Below, in pieces: positions 1-9,980 of a stretch of DNA of 64,000 bases. The position numbers and the translations under genes are program-made. This DNA is from Geopsychrobacteraceae bacterium (lineage in GTDB: Bacteria; Desulfobacterota; Desulfuromonadia; Desulfuromonadales; Geopsychrobacteraceae), in assembly GCA_963676795.2 (NCBI GenBank), contig CAXXTB010000002.1, positions 352,001 through 416,000 of the forward strand. Reading direction: 5' to 3'. Below the pieces are notes generated by a model. It did not search any database. It was given only the letters and a program-made list of their open reading frames with translations, and had not been told where the DNA came from. Within the stretch, counting starts at the first letter, position 1. Every line of letters begins with the position of its first letter.

Positions 1-1332
1 CTTGTCTGTGCGCATACGGGACCGGCTGCCGGCATGGTCAAAAAACTTGCCGACAACGCAATCGAGGGCTACTTCTTGCCGCAGGGCGTTATCACGCATC
101 TGTGGCGCGCTATTGCCGGCAGGAAGCCCGGTGTTATTACCAAGGTCGGTCTGGGGACCTTTGTTGATCCGCGCCTTGAAGGTGGCAAGGTTACCGAGAA
201 GGCTAAGGAGGATCTGGTCGAACTGGTTGAACTGCGGGGTGAGGAGTGGCTGCTGTATAAGTCCGTTCCTGTCAATGTCGCCTTTATCCGTGCAACGACT
301 GCGGATGAGAAGGGCAACTTGACCATGGAGTATGAGTCCAACCTGATGGAAAGCCTGCCGTTGGCCATGGCTGCCAAGAACAGCGGCGGCATTGTCATCG
401 CCCAGGTTTATAACGTCGCTCAGGCCAATACATTGAAGCCTAAGGATGTCCGTGTCCCCGGCGCTCTGGTCGACTATGTCGTTGTCGCTGACAAGCCGGA
501 ATACCATCTTCAGACAATGGACACCTTCTATATTCCGGCATTGTCTGGCGAGCTGAGAGCACCTATGGACAGCATGCAGCCCATAGAGCTGGACGAGAAG
601 AAAATCATCGCACGCCGTGCAACCATGGAGCTGAAAAAAGATTCTCTGGTCAACCTCGGTGTTGGTATTCCGGCTTTTGTTTCCAGTGTGGCAAACGAAG
701 AAGGCGTTGGTGATACCATGACGCTGACCGCTGAGTCCGGAATTTTCGGTGGTGTTCCCGCATCTGGTCCTGCCTTCGGCTCTGCTTACAATGCTGAGGC
801 AACCATCGAGATGCAGGCCATGTTTGACTTCTACGATGGCGGTGGGATTGATACCACTTTCCTGGGCTTGGCCCAGGCTGATGCCGCCGGCAATACCAAT
901 GTCAGCAAGTTCGGCCCCCGGGCTGTCGGATGTGGTGGATTTATCAACATCACCCAGAATGCTAAAGAGGTGGTTTTCTGTGGCCAGTTTGTCGTTGGTG
1001 CCAAATACAAGGTCGAAGACGGTCTGTTGAAAATTGTCCAGGAAGGCAAGGTCAAAAAATTTGTCAAGACCCTCGATCAAATCACCTTCAGTGGCAATTA
1101 TGCAAAATCGATTCATCAGCCGGTTCTCTATGTCACGGAACGCGCAGTTTTTAAACTGGACGGCGAAGCCGGTCTGACTTTGATTGAAATTGCTCCTGGT
1201 ATGGATCTGGAAAAGGACATTATCGGTCAAATGGAATTCAGACCGAATATTTCCAAGGACCTGAAAGAAATGGATTCAGCTATTTTCCAGCAGCAGTGGG
1301 GTGGTCTCGAAGCCATTCTTGAAAGTAAGTAA
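1..1332 (+). CDS. Acyl-CoA:acetate/3-oxoacid CoA-transferase (YdiF/Pct type, fused family I), 5'-truncated by window edge
   Basis: Frame open from base 1 (LVCAHTGPAAGM...). Motifs VGLGTFVDPR, ADEKGN, NLGVGIP, catalytic-Glu region TAESG, GCGGFINITQN, YVTERAVF. Confidence 0.9.
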   Translation, partial: LVCAHTGPAAGMVKKLADNAIEGYFLPQGVITHLWRAIAGRKPGVITKVGLGTFVDPRLEGGKVTEKAKEDLVELVELRGEEWLLYKSVPVNVAFIRATTADEKGNLTMEYESNLMESLPLAMAAKNSGGIVIAQVYNVAQANTLKPKDVRVPGALVDYVVVADKPEYHLQTMDTFYIPALSGELRAPMDSMQPIELDEKKIIARRATMELKKDSLVNLGVGIPAFVSSVANEEGVGDTMTLTAESGIFGGVPASGPAFGSAYNAEATIEMQAMFDFYDGGGIDTTFLGLAQADAAGNTNVSKFGPRAVGCGGFINITQNAKEVVFCGQFVVGAKYKVEDGLLKIVQEGKVKKFVKTLDQITFSGNYAKSIHQPVLYVTERAVFKLDGEAGLTLIEIAPGMDLEKDIIGQMEFRPNISKDLKEMDSAIFQQQWGGLEAILESK

Positions 1333-1340
1333 TTTTTTGA

Positions 1341-1388
1341 TGACCTGATCCGATAACTGGCCCATTCGGTCACTGTCGGATCAGGTCA
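1341..1388 (+). terminator. Stem-loop after CoA-transferase (terminator or mRNA-stabilising hairpin)
   Basis: 13-bp perfect inverted repeat TGACCTGATCCGA (1341-1353) / TCGGATCAGGTCA (1376-1388). No clear U-tract. Confidence 0.5.
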
Positions 1389-1479
1389 CAACGGCAGGAT
1401 TTTGTGCGTAAGTCCGTCAGTTTTCGGCTCTTGTTCTTACAGGCCGATTCAAAGGCTGAGTGGAGCGACGCTCCGATAG

Positions 1480-2154
1480 GTGTTTGTCTTGCAAATAGCT
1501 AATTTATTGAAAAAAATAATTCTTTTTCTCTCCGGACTCTATTTCATTTCGATTGGAATTGTCTGTTCCGTCCATGCCAATCTTGGCGTGACCCCAATTT
1601 CCAGCCTTCCTTATGTGTACGACTTGGCAACACCGTTAACCTTGGGGCAGGCGATGATCATTCTCAACTTGTTGATGATGTCGTTGCAAATTCTTCTGTT
1701 GAGAAGGGCGTATCGCTTGTATCAACTGATTCAATTGCCACTGGTTTTCCTGTTTGGCTGGTTCATCGATATCAATGCTGAGTTGCTAAGAGGTTTGTCC
1801 GTTTCGGGCTATGTGTCTGAGCTTATCTTCTGTCTGGTGAGTTGCCTGCTTATCGGCTTCGGTGTTTTCCTTCAGTTTAAAGCAGAATTGACATTTCTAC
1901 CCGTAGAGGGCGTTGCCTGGGCAATTTCCAGGAAATTTCACATCGAATTCAGCAAGGTCAAGATCTGTATAGACGCAACAATGGTTAGCATCAGCCTCGT
2001 CAGCTCGCTTGTTTTATTCACGCATATTGAGGGCATCAGGGAAGGAACAATTCTGGCTGTTCTCGTAGTCGGTTACTCTGTCAAGGTTTTTGATAGGCTT
2101 TGGAGGTTCATTTCCGACCGTCAAAGTCTTTCCGCTACTATGAAACAGACTTAG
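1480..2154 (+). CDS. YczE/YyaS/YitT-family membrane protein
   Basis: About 6 hydrophobic segments; motifs ANLGVTPISSLPY and GIREGT typical of the family. Confidence 0.75.
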   Translation: MFVLQIANLLKKIILFLSGLYFISIGIVCSVHANLGVTPISSLPYVYDLATPLTLGQAMIILNLLMMSLQILLLRRAYRLYQLIQLPLVFLFGWFIDINAELLRGLSVSGYVSELIFCLVSCLLIGFGVFLQFKAELTFLPVEGVAWAISRKFHIEFSKVKICIDATMVSISLVSSLVLFTHIEGIREGTILAVLVVGYSVKVFDRLWRFISDRQSLSATMKQT

Positions 2155-2164
2155 CCAATGATTT

Positions 2165-3601
2165 TCAACTGGTTGAAATGGTGTCTATCCAGGCAAACAG
2201 TTCGTCTAGATCGTAGTCACCGCCGTGTGCCCTATTCCATGGCAAGGCGAAGTCGATCTGGCAGCCTTTATTTTCCAAGGTTGTGGCCAATATGATCGGA
2301 ATCGCCAGAGATGTGTCGCGATCTTTAGTGCCGTGGCGAATCCGCCAGTAGTGGGCAGTCGTTGTTGCACTGGCGCCAATATGGTTCATCGGATTCAGTA
2401 GCCTGATGACCTGATCATCTGCTTTTTGAGCATTCGTTGCGGTACTGTGATGCAGCGAGAAATCAGTAAAATGACGGTCAGGGGTGGTTTTGCTCCCGAA
2501 CAGGTTGTTCTCACCACTGCTCAGGTCGAGAGCGTCAAAGGCCGGGGGCGTTTTCATCCGTCCGATGTAGGAGATATATCCGCCGAGATCGATGGCTGTG
2601 ATTTTGCCGGATTGAACTGTCAGCCAGTCATGTCGGCTCAGATCTATCCCCTGATCTACGGCACTCTGTGCCGAGGCGATTATCTGGTTGGCAATCAGAT
2701 TTTTGAACGATCCGTTCCCTTTGGCATCAAGAGTCAGAGGACTACCGTCGATGTCCTGTAGATTCAGGCTGTTCAGATAGGCGGGAAACAACTCTTTCAA
2801 CTGGTTGGACAAGGATGCCTCGCTGTCATTGAGGGTTCCCTTGATCAGCGTTCTCTTGAGGTGGAAATCGATCATCTCATGGTGAGCCATCTTTTTGTAA
2901 TCAAGCTGGCCGTTGAACAGCCATTCATAGGCCATATCAGCATGCTCGAGATTGGTGATCGGGCAGTAGCTTGAGACCGCAAATATATCATCGCGTACTG
3001 GCGCGGCGCCGATTTCTTTCAGGTAGGTACCGTATTCCTCATTGTTGCCACTGGCGCCGAGCAGGGCTGAAAGTGCCCCACCGGCACTGGTGCCGTTGCT
3101 GATGATCTTGTCTGTGTCGCCGGGAATCCGTTCAGCGTTAAAGCGCAGGTAGCGGACCGCAGCCTTAAGGTCGACGATACAGGCGGGAGCCTTGCCGGTA
3201 TATTCACCGGTGTAATTTTGGTTTGTCCGACCGCGTGTGCCTGGGGCGGCAACGACATAACCATGGGCCAGGGCATGGAAAATGGTATTCATACCGGACC
3301 CGATGCGCTTTGCTCCCGGAGCTCCTGGCCTTCCCGGCATATAGCCGCCGACCGAGATAGGGAAGAAGATAGGGGCTGTTTCCGCTGTGAAGCTATTGAT
3401 TTCCTTGCCCTCAAAGTAGGCTTGGGGAACGTAGATGTTCATGCTCTGGTATTTGATATCGACCGGTTTTGTAACATAGACGATGTTTTCAAAAGCACGA
3501 AAACTGACTATTTCCCCATGGCCATTGTCAAACTGGCGATCTTCGTAAAGGGTTTTGTCAAAAAAAAGGCTGTAGGTGGTTGGTGACTGTGAACTGTTCA
3601 T
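2165..3601 (-). CDS. Subtype B tannase-like alpha/beta hydrolase, no signal peptide (cytoplasmic)
   Basis: GKAPACIVDLKAAVRYL, nucleophile GTSAGG, YCPITNLEHADMAYEW, WRIRHGTKDRDTS and HGGDYDLDELFAWI match Lactiplantibacillus TanB / Staphylococcus TanA-type tannases. ATG at 3601 (TTG at 3607 alternative). Confidence 0.85.
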   Translation of the reverse strand: MNSSQSPTTYSLFFDKTLYEDRQFDNGHGEIVSFRAFENIVYVTKPVDIKYQSMNIYVPQAYFEGKEINSFTAETAPIFFPISVGGYMPGRPGAPGAKRIGSGMNTIFHALAHGYVVAAPGTRGRTNQNYTGEYTGKAPACIVDLKAAVRYLRFNAERIPGDTDKIISNGTSAGGALSALLGASGNNEEYGTYLKEIGAAPVRDDIFAVSSYCPITNLEHADMAYEWLFNGQLDYKKMAHHEMIDFHLKRTLIKGTLNDSEASLSNQLKELFPAYLNSLNLQDIDGSPLTLDAKGNGSFKNLIANQIIASAQSAVDQGIDLSRHDWLTVQSGKITAIDLGGYISYIGRMKTPPAFDALDLSSGENNLFGSKTTPDRHFTDFSLHHSTATNAQKADDQVIRLLNPMNHIGASATTTAHYWRIRHGTKDRDTSLAIPIILATTLENKGCQIDFALPWNRAHGGDYDLDELFAWIDTISTS

Positions 3602-3979
3602 AAGCAAAGGTCAGGCTTAAATCTTGTATATGCTTCGCAGGAAATCTCAAGATTCAGCAGGTCAAGGTGAAATAAAAGATGACTGAATGTTGCCATAGGA
3701 ACAATAAACTTAAACTAAAGTTTGGAAATATAAAACGAAAGAGTTCGTCTGTCGAAGTGTTTTTAGATGATGAACGATGATTTGAAAAGTGCTGGATCAT
3801 TTTTGGTTATACGTTTCATCGATGATCAGCAGAAGTCGAAAAATGCTGCAAAATTTGCGTTTGATAGTGGGTGGAAGCGATGCCAAGACTTTGCTGTCAT
3901 GCGTTCTGAAATACTCGGCATCGTAACTCTGGCAAAGAAGGCATATTCGATTCCACTGGCGAGCAACAGGGGGGTATCA

Positions 3980-4309
3980 ATGAAAAATCCTAAAACATTG
4001 AAGTGCCAGATAGGGGTCGCTCTCTTTGATGAAAACAGCTCAGAATATATAGTCCGGGGATACGATCGTTATCTCGGTCAGAATAGGCCATACCGCTGGA
4101 AAATTGATTCAAAATTCAATGAGCAGTTTGATCGATTCCAATTGCTGATCCGGCATATTCTGATGTCCATGCAGCAATCCAGCTGTGTCGGTGACATCTG
4201 CCAGCTCGTCGAAGAATTCAGTGCAATGAACGTGAGCCCACCGCCTTTAGGAGCCCCTTTTACTAAATTACTGTCAGACGAACTCTGTTGTCGCCAATTC
4301 AGGTTATGA
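3980..4309 (+). CDS. Hypothetical protein
   Basis: ATG 3980 preceded by AGGGGG. ORF track extends to 3767. No recognisable motif. Confidence 0.4.
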   Translation: MKNPKTLKCQIGVALFDENSSEYIVRGYDRYLGQNRPYRWKIDSKFNEQFDRFQLLIRHILMSMQQSSCVGDICQLVEEFSAMNVSPPPLGAPFTKLLSDELCCRQFRL

Positions 4310-4629
4310 TTGTGGAGGCAATTCTATGTTTTTTAGTAGCTTCGGGCATAACAGTTTGGGGCATCTATAATTGGGTAAGGAGGTATAGAGTCATGTGACA
4401 GATTGTCATTTGACTTATCACGAAGAGTCATGCCGTCACAGCTAAGTTCCCTCCTCGGAGTCATCTCTGGCGGTACTGGTCGAGTTCCGGGGCATACGCC
4501 TATCAGGCAGTTGAGAGTGCGGAGCCGGATCCTGACCTTGAATGTTTGAGGATAATTAGCATATCAAGTGCTATCCAGGTAGGTAGCATTTTGATTGGTT
4601 CTGATCGCACCTTCAGTTAAGGACCGCAG

Positions 4630-5346
4630 ATGGAAAAGATCAAAATATTGCTTGTCGAGGATGATAAGGTATTATCCCGGTTGATTAAAGAATACCTGGA
4701 AAAGCGTGACTTTACTGTTCTTGTTGATAACCACGGAGACAAGGCTGCTGAGCTTGTTATGCAGGAGCATCCTGATATTGTCATTCTCGACATTATGCTT
4801 CCGCTGAGAAGCGGCACGGAAATTTGCAAAGAGCTCAGGCGCTTCTACTATGGACCTATCATGATGCTAACGGCACTTGATGAGGAGGTAGATCAGATTG
4901 TCGGTATCGAGATTGGTGCAGATGCGTATTTGACCAAGCCGGTTAGCCCACGACTGCTACAGACTCGGATTAATGGCTTGTTGCGTTTAATCGCGAGAAA
5001 AAAACCTTCAGGGCTTGTTCAGCCAGACGGACCGTCAAGCGAAGATTTGAGTGTTGGTCCATTGCGGATCCATTTTGCCAGTCGTACCGTTTATTATGAC
5101 AATACCCCTGTAAGCATGACGACAGCTCAGTACGATCTACTCTCATTCCTCGCAGCGCATGCTGGCACGGTGCTCAGTCGTGATGAAATTTATCAGCAAC
5201 TGTATGGAATCGAATATGACGGAATAAATCGGGCTGTGGATCAACTCATTGTCTGTATCCGGGAAAAAATTAACGATGACAGTAAGAACCCTTATCTCAT
5301 CAAATCAGTGCGCGGTAAGGGGTATTTGCTGGTAAAAGACCGATGA
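4630..5346 (+). CDS. OmpR/PhoB-family response regulator (RstA-like)
   Basis: REC domain (LVEDD, ILDIMLP, GADAYLTKP) plus wHTH (LSRDEI, IKSVRGKGY). The EEVDQIVGIEIGAD and YDGINRAVD segments resemble RstA. Confidence 0.9.
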   Translation: MEKIKILLVEDDKVLSRLIKEYLEKRDFTVLVDNHGDKAAELVMQEHPDIVILDIMLPLRSGTEICKELRRFYYGPIMMLTALDEEVDQIVGIEIGADAYLTKPVSPRLLQTRINGLLRLIARKKPSGLVQPDGPSSEDLSVGPLRIHFASRTVYYDNTPVSMTTAQYDLLSFLAAHAGTVLSRDEIYQQLYGIEYDGINRAVDQLIVCIREKINDDSKNPYLIKSVRGKGYLLVKDR

Positions 5347-7586
5347 GCCGCCTTTTACTGCATGTCTGGGCGACTGTCCTTGTCGTCCTCATCACAGCAA
5401 ACCTGTTGGGCGCTCTGTTATTCGTCGTCTTTTTTGATACCCTGTTTTTCAACCCGGAGTGGTATCCGCTTAACCGAACAGCATTTCTTATTCACGATGT
5501 GTTGGATAAAACCGAGGATAGTGGTCTTGAACAAGAAGTTCTGCAGCTTTCCAGGTTGCTTGATAGAACAATAACGCTCTCAAATAATGAACCTGCACTT
5601 TCTGGGCAGGATCCCGTTACCTTTTCATCGTCCAGATCTGCAGAAAGAACGGCGACGATTTCTATTCATGACGATAGTTATAGGGTGACATACGATGTGT
5701 TGCCAAGACGTTATCGGCAAAAACTAAGTCCTGGCATGCTGATTGCGTATTTTAGCTTTGAGATCATTCTGTCAATGCTCTTCGGGGTCATCATAGTGCT
5801 GCCTCTGTCAGCTCCGCTGAAACGGTTGAAGCGGGTGACGGCCAAGATCAGGGGAGGTGACATGGATATTCGGATCTCTCCGCTATCGAGGGGGCTTATC
5901 GGTGATATTGAGTTATACTTTAATCAGATCAGCGACATCAGAAAAGAAAACCTGTCTTCTCAACAACAGCTCCTCAGATCCATGGCGCAGATGTTTGGTG
6001 CTTCATTCACATCAATCCGGCATTTATTAGAGAAATTGCAGAGCGCGGTAACTGCAAAAGAACGGGGAGCTTCGATACAGTCTATCGAAATGATTCTGGA
6101 GCAACTTGAATTAAAAATGAAGACAATCTTGACCAGAGAGAAGAAGGGAATCCAATCTACTCTGGCGTATTCTGATAACGTAGATCGTATGAAAAATTAT
6201 CGGGCCAATGTTGCCGTTGTCGAAACGGCAAACGTGTTCGCCTTGTATTTTGGTAGTGATGAAAAAAAAGAAAGCTATAGAAGGGATATCCTCAGGTACT
6301 TTTTTCGCTCAGGGGTTGGAATATTGTGTGCACTCATCATGCTTCACATGTTTGCTTTCTTCCTCGTGCAATTCGGTTATCGCTATTTGTCTTTTGATCC
6401 CAACTGGTATCCGTCCAGAACCTTGGCGGCACTGGTCCAGAGATCGGTGAATAAAACCCCAACCACCGATTTGCAAAGGTATCTGGAACATCTTGAAATG
6501 GACCTTGAGAGGGAGATCCATTTCATCCCTCACGACCTCATAGCGCAGTATCTGTGGAAGCAACCCATTGATGCCGGACATGATATAAGCTATGGCCTTT
6601 TTGAAGGTAAAAAAGTTTTGCTATGGCCAGCAGAAAACACGGATAAATACGTAGTTATGGATCTGGCATATCAGCACTACAGGCCCCCACCCAATATTTT
6701 GCTACATATGTCTCTTGTTCCCATCGAATTGGTGTTTGTTTTAGTGTGCGCTCTGGTCATTTGTACGCCGCTGATACGCAATTTGCTGGAATTGGAATCG
6801 GGTATGAAAAATATTCGAGATGGTTTGTTGAGTACGCGTATTGAACTCTCTCGCTTTACGGCATTCAGGCAACTGAGTGACAGTATCAATGCGATGGCCG
6901 TTCACATTCATTCAGCGTTTATCTATCGCAAGAGCCTATTGCAGGCGATTGCCCATGAGGTGCGTACGCCGATATCCCGGGTTCAATTTCAATTGGCTAT
7001 GATTGCTGAATCCGCGGATTCAAATGAAGTTGATCAGCGCTGCCGTGAGATCTGCGGAGATTTAAATGAGTTGACAAGTTTGGTTGATGAGTTAAGCAAC
7101 TTGATTGAAGACGACTCCGTAGGATCGGAAAGCTTAAGTCAAGATTTCTCCATCGGACAATATCTTGAAAACTGGATCACGTCCTATAAACAACAAAATC
7201 AGAAGATAGATTTTATCTTAAATTCGGCGAGACTGTCTGAAAGTCATATTCAGATTTATCCGCTGTATGTCAAACTGGTACTGAACAATATTCTGTCGAA
7301 TGCGGTTAAGTATGCAAAAAGCGAAATAACGGTCAATGTCAGTTGTTCGGAAGAGAGGCTTCTTGTTGAAGTCATCGATGACGGTCCCGGACTTTCTTCT
7401 GATTTGGAAGCACAATTACAACAATCAGTTCAGCAGGCAGATTCCCAGGCTGTTAAGAGTCCCAGTGGTTACGGCATGGGACTGACCATTGCAAATAGAA
7501 TGGTTGTCCACAACAAAGGGCAACTTGAAATTCACAAAAATGCTCCAGACGGATTACGGATTGTTTTTTCTCAACCGCTCGAATGA
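5343..7586 (+). CDS. Sensor histidine kinase with internally duplicated sensor-HAMP-DHp module
   Basis: H-box AHEVRTP, N-box NILSNAVKY, DDGPG and GYGMGL. Two TM-pair/HAMP units. ATGA overlap with the regulator. Confidence 0.88.
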   Translation: MSRLLLHVWATVLVVLITANLLGALLFVVFFDTLFFNPEWYPLNRTAFLIHDVLDKTEDSGLEQEVLQLSRLLDRTITLSNNEPALSGQDPVTFSSSRSAERTATISIHDDSYRVTYDVLPRRYRQKLSPGMLIAYFSFEIILSMLFGVIIVLPLSAPLKRLKRVTAKIRGGDMDIRISPLSRGLIGDIELYFNQISDIRKENLSSQQQLLRSMAQMFGASFTSIRHLLEKLQSAVTAKERGASIQSIEMILEQLELKMKTILTREKKGIQSTLAYSDNVDRMKNYRANVAVVETANVFALYFGSDEKKESYRRDILRYFFRSGVGILCALIMLHMFAFFLVQFGYRYLSFDPNWYPSRTLAALVQRSVNKTPTTDLQRYLEHLEMDLEREIHFIPHDLIAQYLWKQPIDAGHDISYGLFEGKKVLLWPAENTDKYVVMDLAYQHYRPPPNILLHMSLVPIELVFVLVCALVICTPLIRNLLELESGMKNIRDGLLSTRIELSRFTAFRQLSDSINAMAVHIHSAFIYRKSLLQAIAHEVRTPISRVQFQLAMIAESADSNEVDQRCREICGDLNELTSLVDELSNLIEDDSVGSESLSQDFSIGQYLENWITSYKQQNQKIDFILNSARLSESHIQIYPLYVKLVLNNILSNAVKYAKSEITVNVSCSEERLLVEVIDDGPGLSSDLEAQLQQSVQQADSQAVKSPSGYGMGLTIANRMVVHNKGQLEIHKNAPDGLRIVFSQPLE

Positions 7587-7592
7587 GCACTC

Positions 7593-7627
7593 TACAATTC
7601 CTTACAAATCTCTACAGACGCGATACA
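7593..7627 (+). promoter_or_regulatory. Phased TACA direct repeats (RstA-box-like)
   Basis: TACA at 7593, 7603, 7613 and 7624 (10/10/11-bp period), between the kinase stop and the sulfatase gene. Confidence 0.6.
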
Positions 7628-7916
7628 GACTTCAAGTAAATCTTCAACATAAAATTTAGTCAAGCTAGTCGTTCAGGTTTTTACTTCTATTGACTTTGAC
7701 AAAAGCGTTTAGCAGCTGCCACCTGTAAAGCGCTTGTCTTCGTTATGAATCGGTTCTGGCATAAGGCATTGTTCTGTACGTGCCTGACGGAACTTAAGTC
7801 ATAAAGTTGTGACATCGACGTTTTTATCTAATTTTCAGGGGAGACTGTAATTGTTCTTATTGCAGTCGGCTAAACAGGTGCCCAGCACCTATTCATGTTT
7901 GGGAGGTACATATTAT

Positions 7917-9899
7917 ATGTTTCAAAAATCGCTCACAGGCAAGTTTCTCTCTGCTGTCGGCATTATCGCAATGCTGACAATGGCCGGCTGCGGAGGTGGT
8001 TCAGGTTCAGGTTCAGGTAATACGGCGGCGCAGACAGTAGAAAAGCCCAATATCATTTATATTGTTGCCGATGACCTGGGCTATTCTGATGTCGGCGCCT
8101 ATGGCGGCGAGGTAAATACCCCGAATATCGATTCCTTGGCTTCAGCAGGCACATTGATGACCAACTTTCACGCCAATCCTGCCTGCTCACCGACGAGAGC
8201 GGCCATGTTGTCGGGAACTGATTCTCATGTGGCCGGGATGGGGGTTATGTTCGAGATGCGCGTTCCAGGTGCGACACCTGTTGCCGAGGCTGATATTTCT
8301 GACAACCTTGGTTATTCGGGATATCTGTTGACCGCCGACGAGGGAATTGACGCCTTTCCGACAAAATTGCAGGCAAGTGGTTATCACACCTATATGGTCG
8401 GAAAGTGGCATGTCGCTAATCTGGGTGGCAATATCGCGACACTGACTCAGGGAGCAGATTTTACCGCTACAATACCAGCAAGCAGAGGCTTTGAAAAATC
8501 ATTTGCTCTGATGCAGGGGGGGGCCAGCCACTACGGAGATGGGCTCGCTGCTTTACCCTCTGCCATGTCAGATGAAGTTGCAGCTTTACCCTATGTGACT
8601 CGTTCTCAAAAAGCTATCTATGTTGAGGATTACAACACCAGTGCTGTTGATGATCTCCCGGCCGACTTTTATTCGACCACCTACTACACCGATAAAATGA
8701 TCGAATACATTGAGAGTAACGAAGCAGACGGGAAGCCGTACTTTGCCTATGTCGCATATACCGCCCCACACTGGCCTCTGCAGTTGCCACTGGAGGCGAT
8801 GGAAGACGGCAATGAGTGGAAAGCCAAATTCGAAGCTTATGAATTAGAATACTTTGTAAATGGTTATGATGCCATCGGCGTTGATCGTTTTGCGCGTATG
8901 AAGGCTCTTGGCATTATCCCCAATGATACAGTTGCTAATGACTGGTCTGAATATCAGAAGTGGGTTTCTCTCGATGAGGACTCAGACGGGCTAGCAGCAT
9001 GGAGTGCGCTGCCTGAAGAGGTACAGCATACCAAGGCCCGTGAGATGGCCGTTTATTCAGTGATGGTCGAGTATATGGATTATCAGATCGGCCGCTTGCT
9101 GGAGCACGTTGATATGGATAATACCATCGTCGTCTTCATGTCCGACAACGGTTCTGAAGCGACTTATCCGACCTCGTTGTGGCCAAACTTTACCGATGCA
9201 TCTCAGCAAGAGTACGTTGAGGCTCTGGTTGAAGCAGCGAATACCGCAAATGGAACAAGCTATTCAACCTTTGCGGACGTTACATCCTATGAAAACCTCG
9301 GCCGTCAAGGGTCTTATCTTTCCTATGATACGGCCTGGACTCAGGTTTCCGCCATGCCTTTCAGGGGCTTTAAAGTCATGACTACTGAAGGTGGAATCAG
9401 GGTCCCTCTGATTGTAAGGTATCCTGGCCAAGCAGGGGGACAGATTTCAGAAGAATTCGCAACGGTTATGGATGTTGCTCCGACGTTTCTGGAACTTGCA
9501 GGCGTTGATGCAAGTAGCATGCAGCAAACCATGCGCGGTGAGTCTCTCGTCGAGTTCTTTGCCGGTGAAGAACTTACAGCTCATGCGACAACCTACGGTG
9601 CCGGTTTCGAACTACTCGGAAGCCGTGCCTATATTAAGGATAACTACAAGCTCTTTTTGCAATCTCCGGGATTCAGCAATGATCCGGATACTGGTGAAGC
9701 TTATGCATCCTATGACCCGGCCTGGGAACTCTATGATCTGTCCAACGACCCGGGAGAGACCTATAACCTGATCGGTGACGCGTCCTATGCGGATACCATC
9801 ACTGATCTCCTCGCGGATTGGGCTAACTATATGACCGAGACCGGGACACTAAATTTTCCAGTAGGAGTGCCTGGATACTATATTCCTGTTGTTGAATAA
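7917..9899 (+). CDS. Arylsulfatase (Cys-type, AtsA-like) lipoprotein
   Basis: RBS GGAGG, lipobox MAGC plus Gly/Ser linker, KPNIIYIVADDLGYSD, CSPTR formylglycine motif, GKWH, YTAPHWPL, SDNG, EGGIRVP, ELYDLSNDPGE. Confidence 0.92.
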   Translation: MFQKSLTGKFLSAVGIIAMLTMAGCGGGSGSGSGNTAAQTVEKPNIIYIVADDLGYSDVGAYGGEVNTPNIDSLASAGTLMTNFHANPACSPTRAAMLSGTDSHVAGMGVMFEMRVPGATPVAEADISDNLGYSGYLLTADEGIDAFPTKLQASGYHTYMVGKWHVANLGGNIATLTQGADFTATIPASRGFEKSFALMQGGASHYGDGLAALPSAMSDEVAALPYVTRSQKAIYVEDYNTSAVDDLPADFYSTTYYTDKMIEYIESNEADGKPYFAYVAYTAPHWPLQLPLEAMEDGNEWKAKFEAYELEYFVNGYDAIGVDRFARMKALGIIPNDTVANDWSEYQKWVSLDEDSDGLAAWSALPEEVQHTKAREMAVYSVMVEYMDYQIGRLLEHVDMDNTIVVFMSDNGSEATYPTSLWPNFTDASQQEYVEALVEAANTANGTSYSTFADVTSYENLGRQGSYLSYDTAWTQVSAMPFRGFKVMTTEGGIRVPLIVRYPGQAGGQISEEFATVMDVAPTFLELAGVDASSMQQTMRGESLVEFFAGEELTAHATTYGAGFELLGSRAYIKDNYKLFLQSPGFSNDPDTGEAYASYDPAWELYDLSNDPGETYNLIGDASYADTITDLLADWANYMTETGTLNFPVGVPGYYIPVVE

Positions 9900-9917
9900 C
9901 GGTCTTCAGATAATTTT

Positions 9918-9952
9918 GCAGGAAGATTCCTTAAGAATCTTCCTGCTTTTTT
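9918..9952 (+). terminator. Intrinsic terminator
   Basis: 12-bp perfect stem GCAGGAAGATTC / GAATCTTCCTGC followed by T6. Confidence 0.85.
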
Positions 9953-9980
9953 ATATGGAGTTGGTTATTCGCCATCAGCC

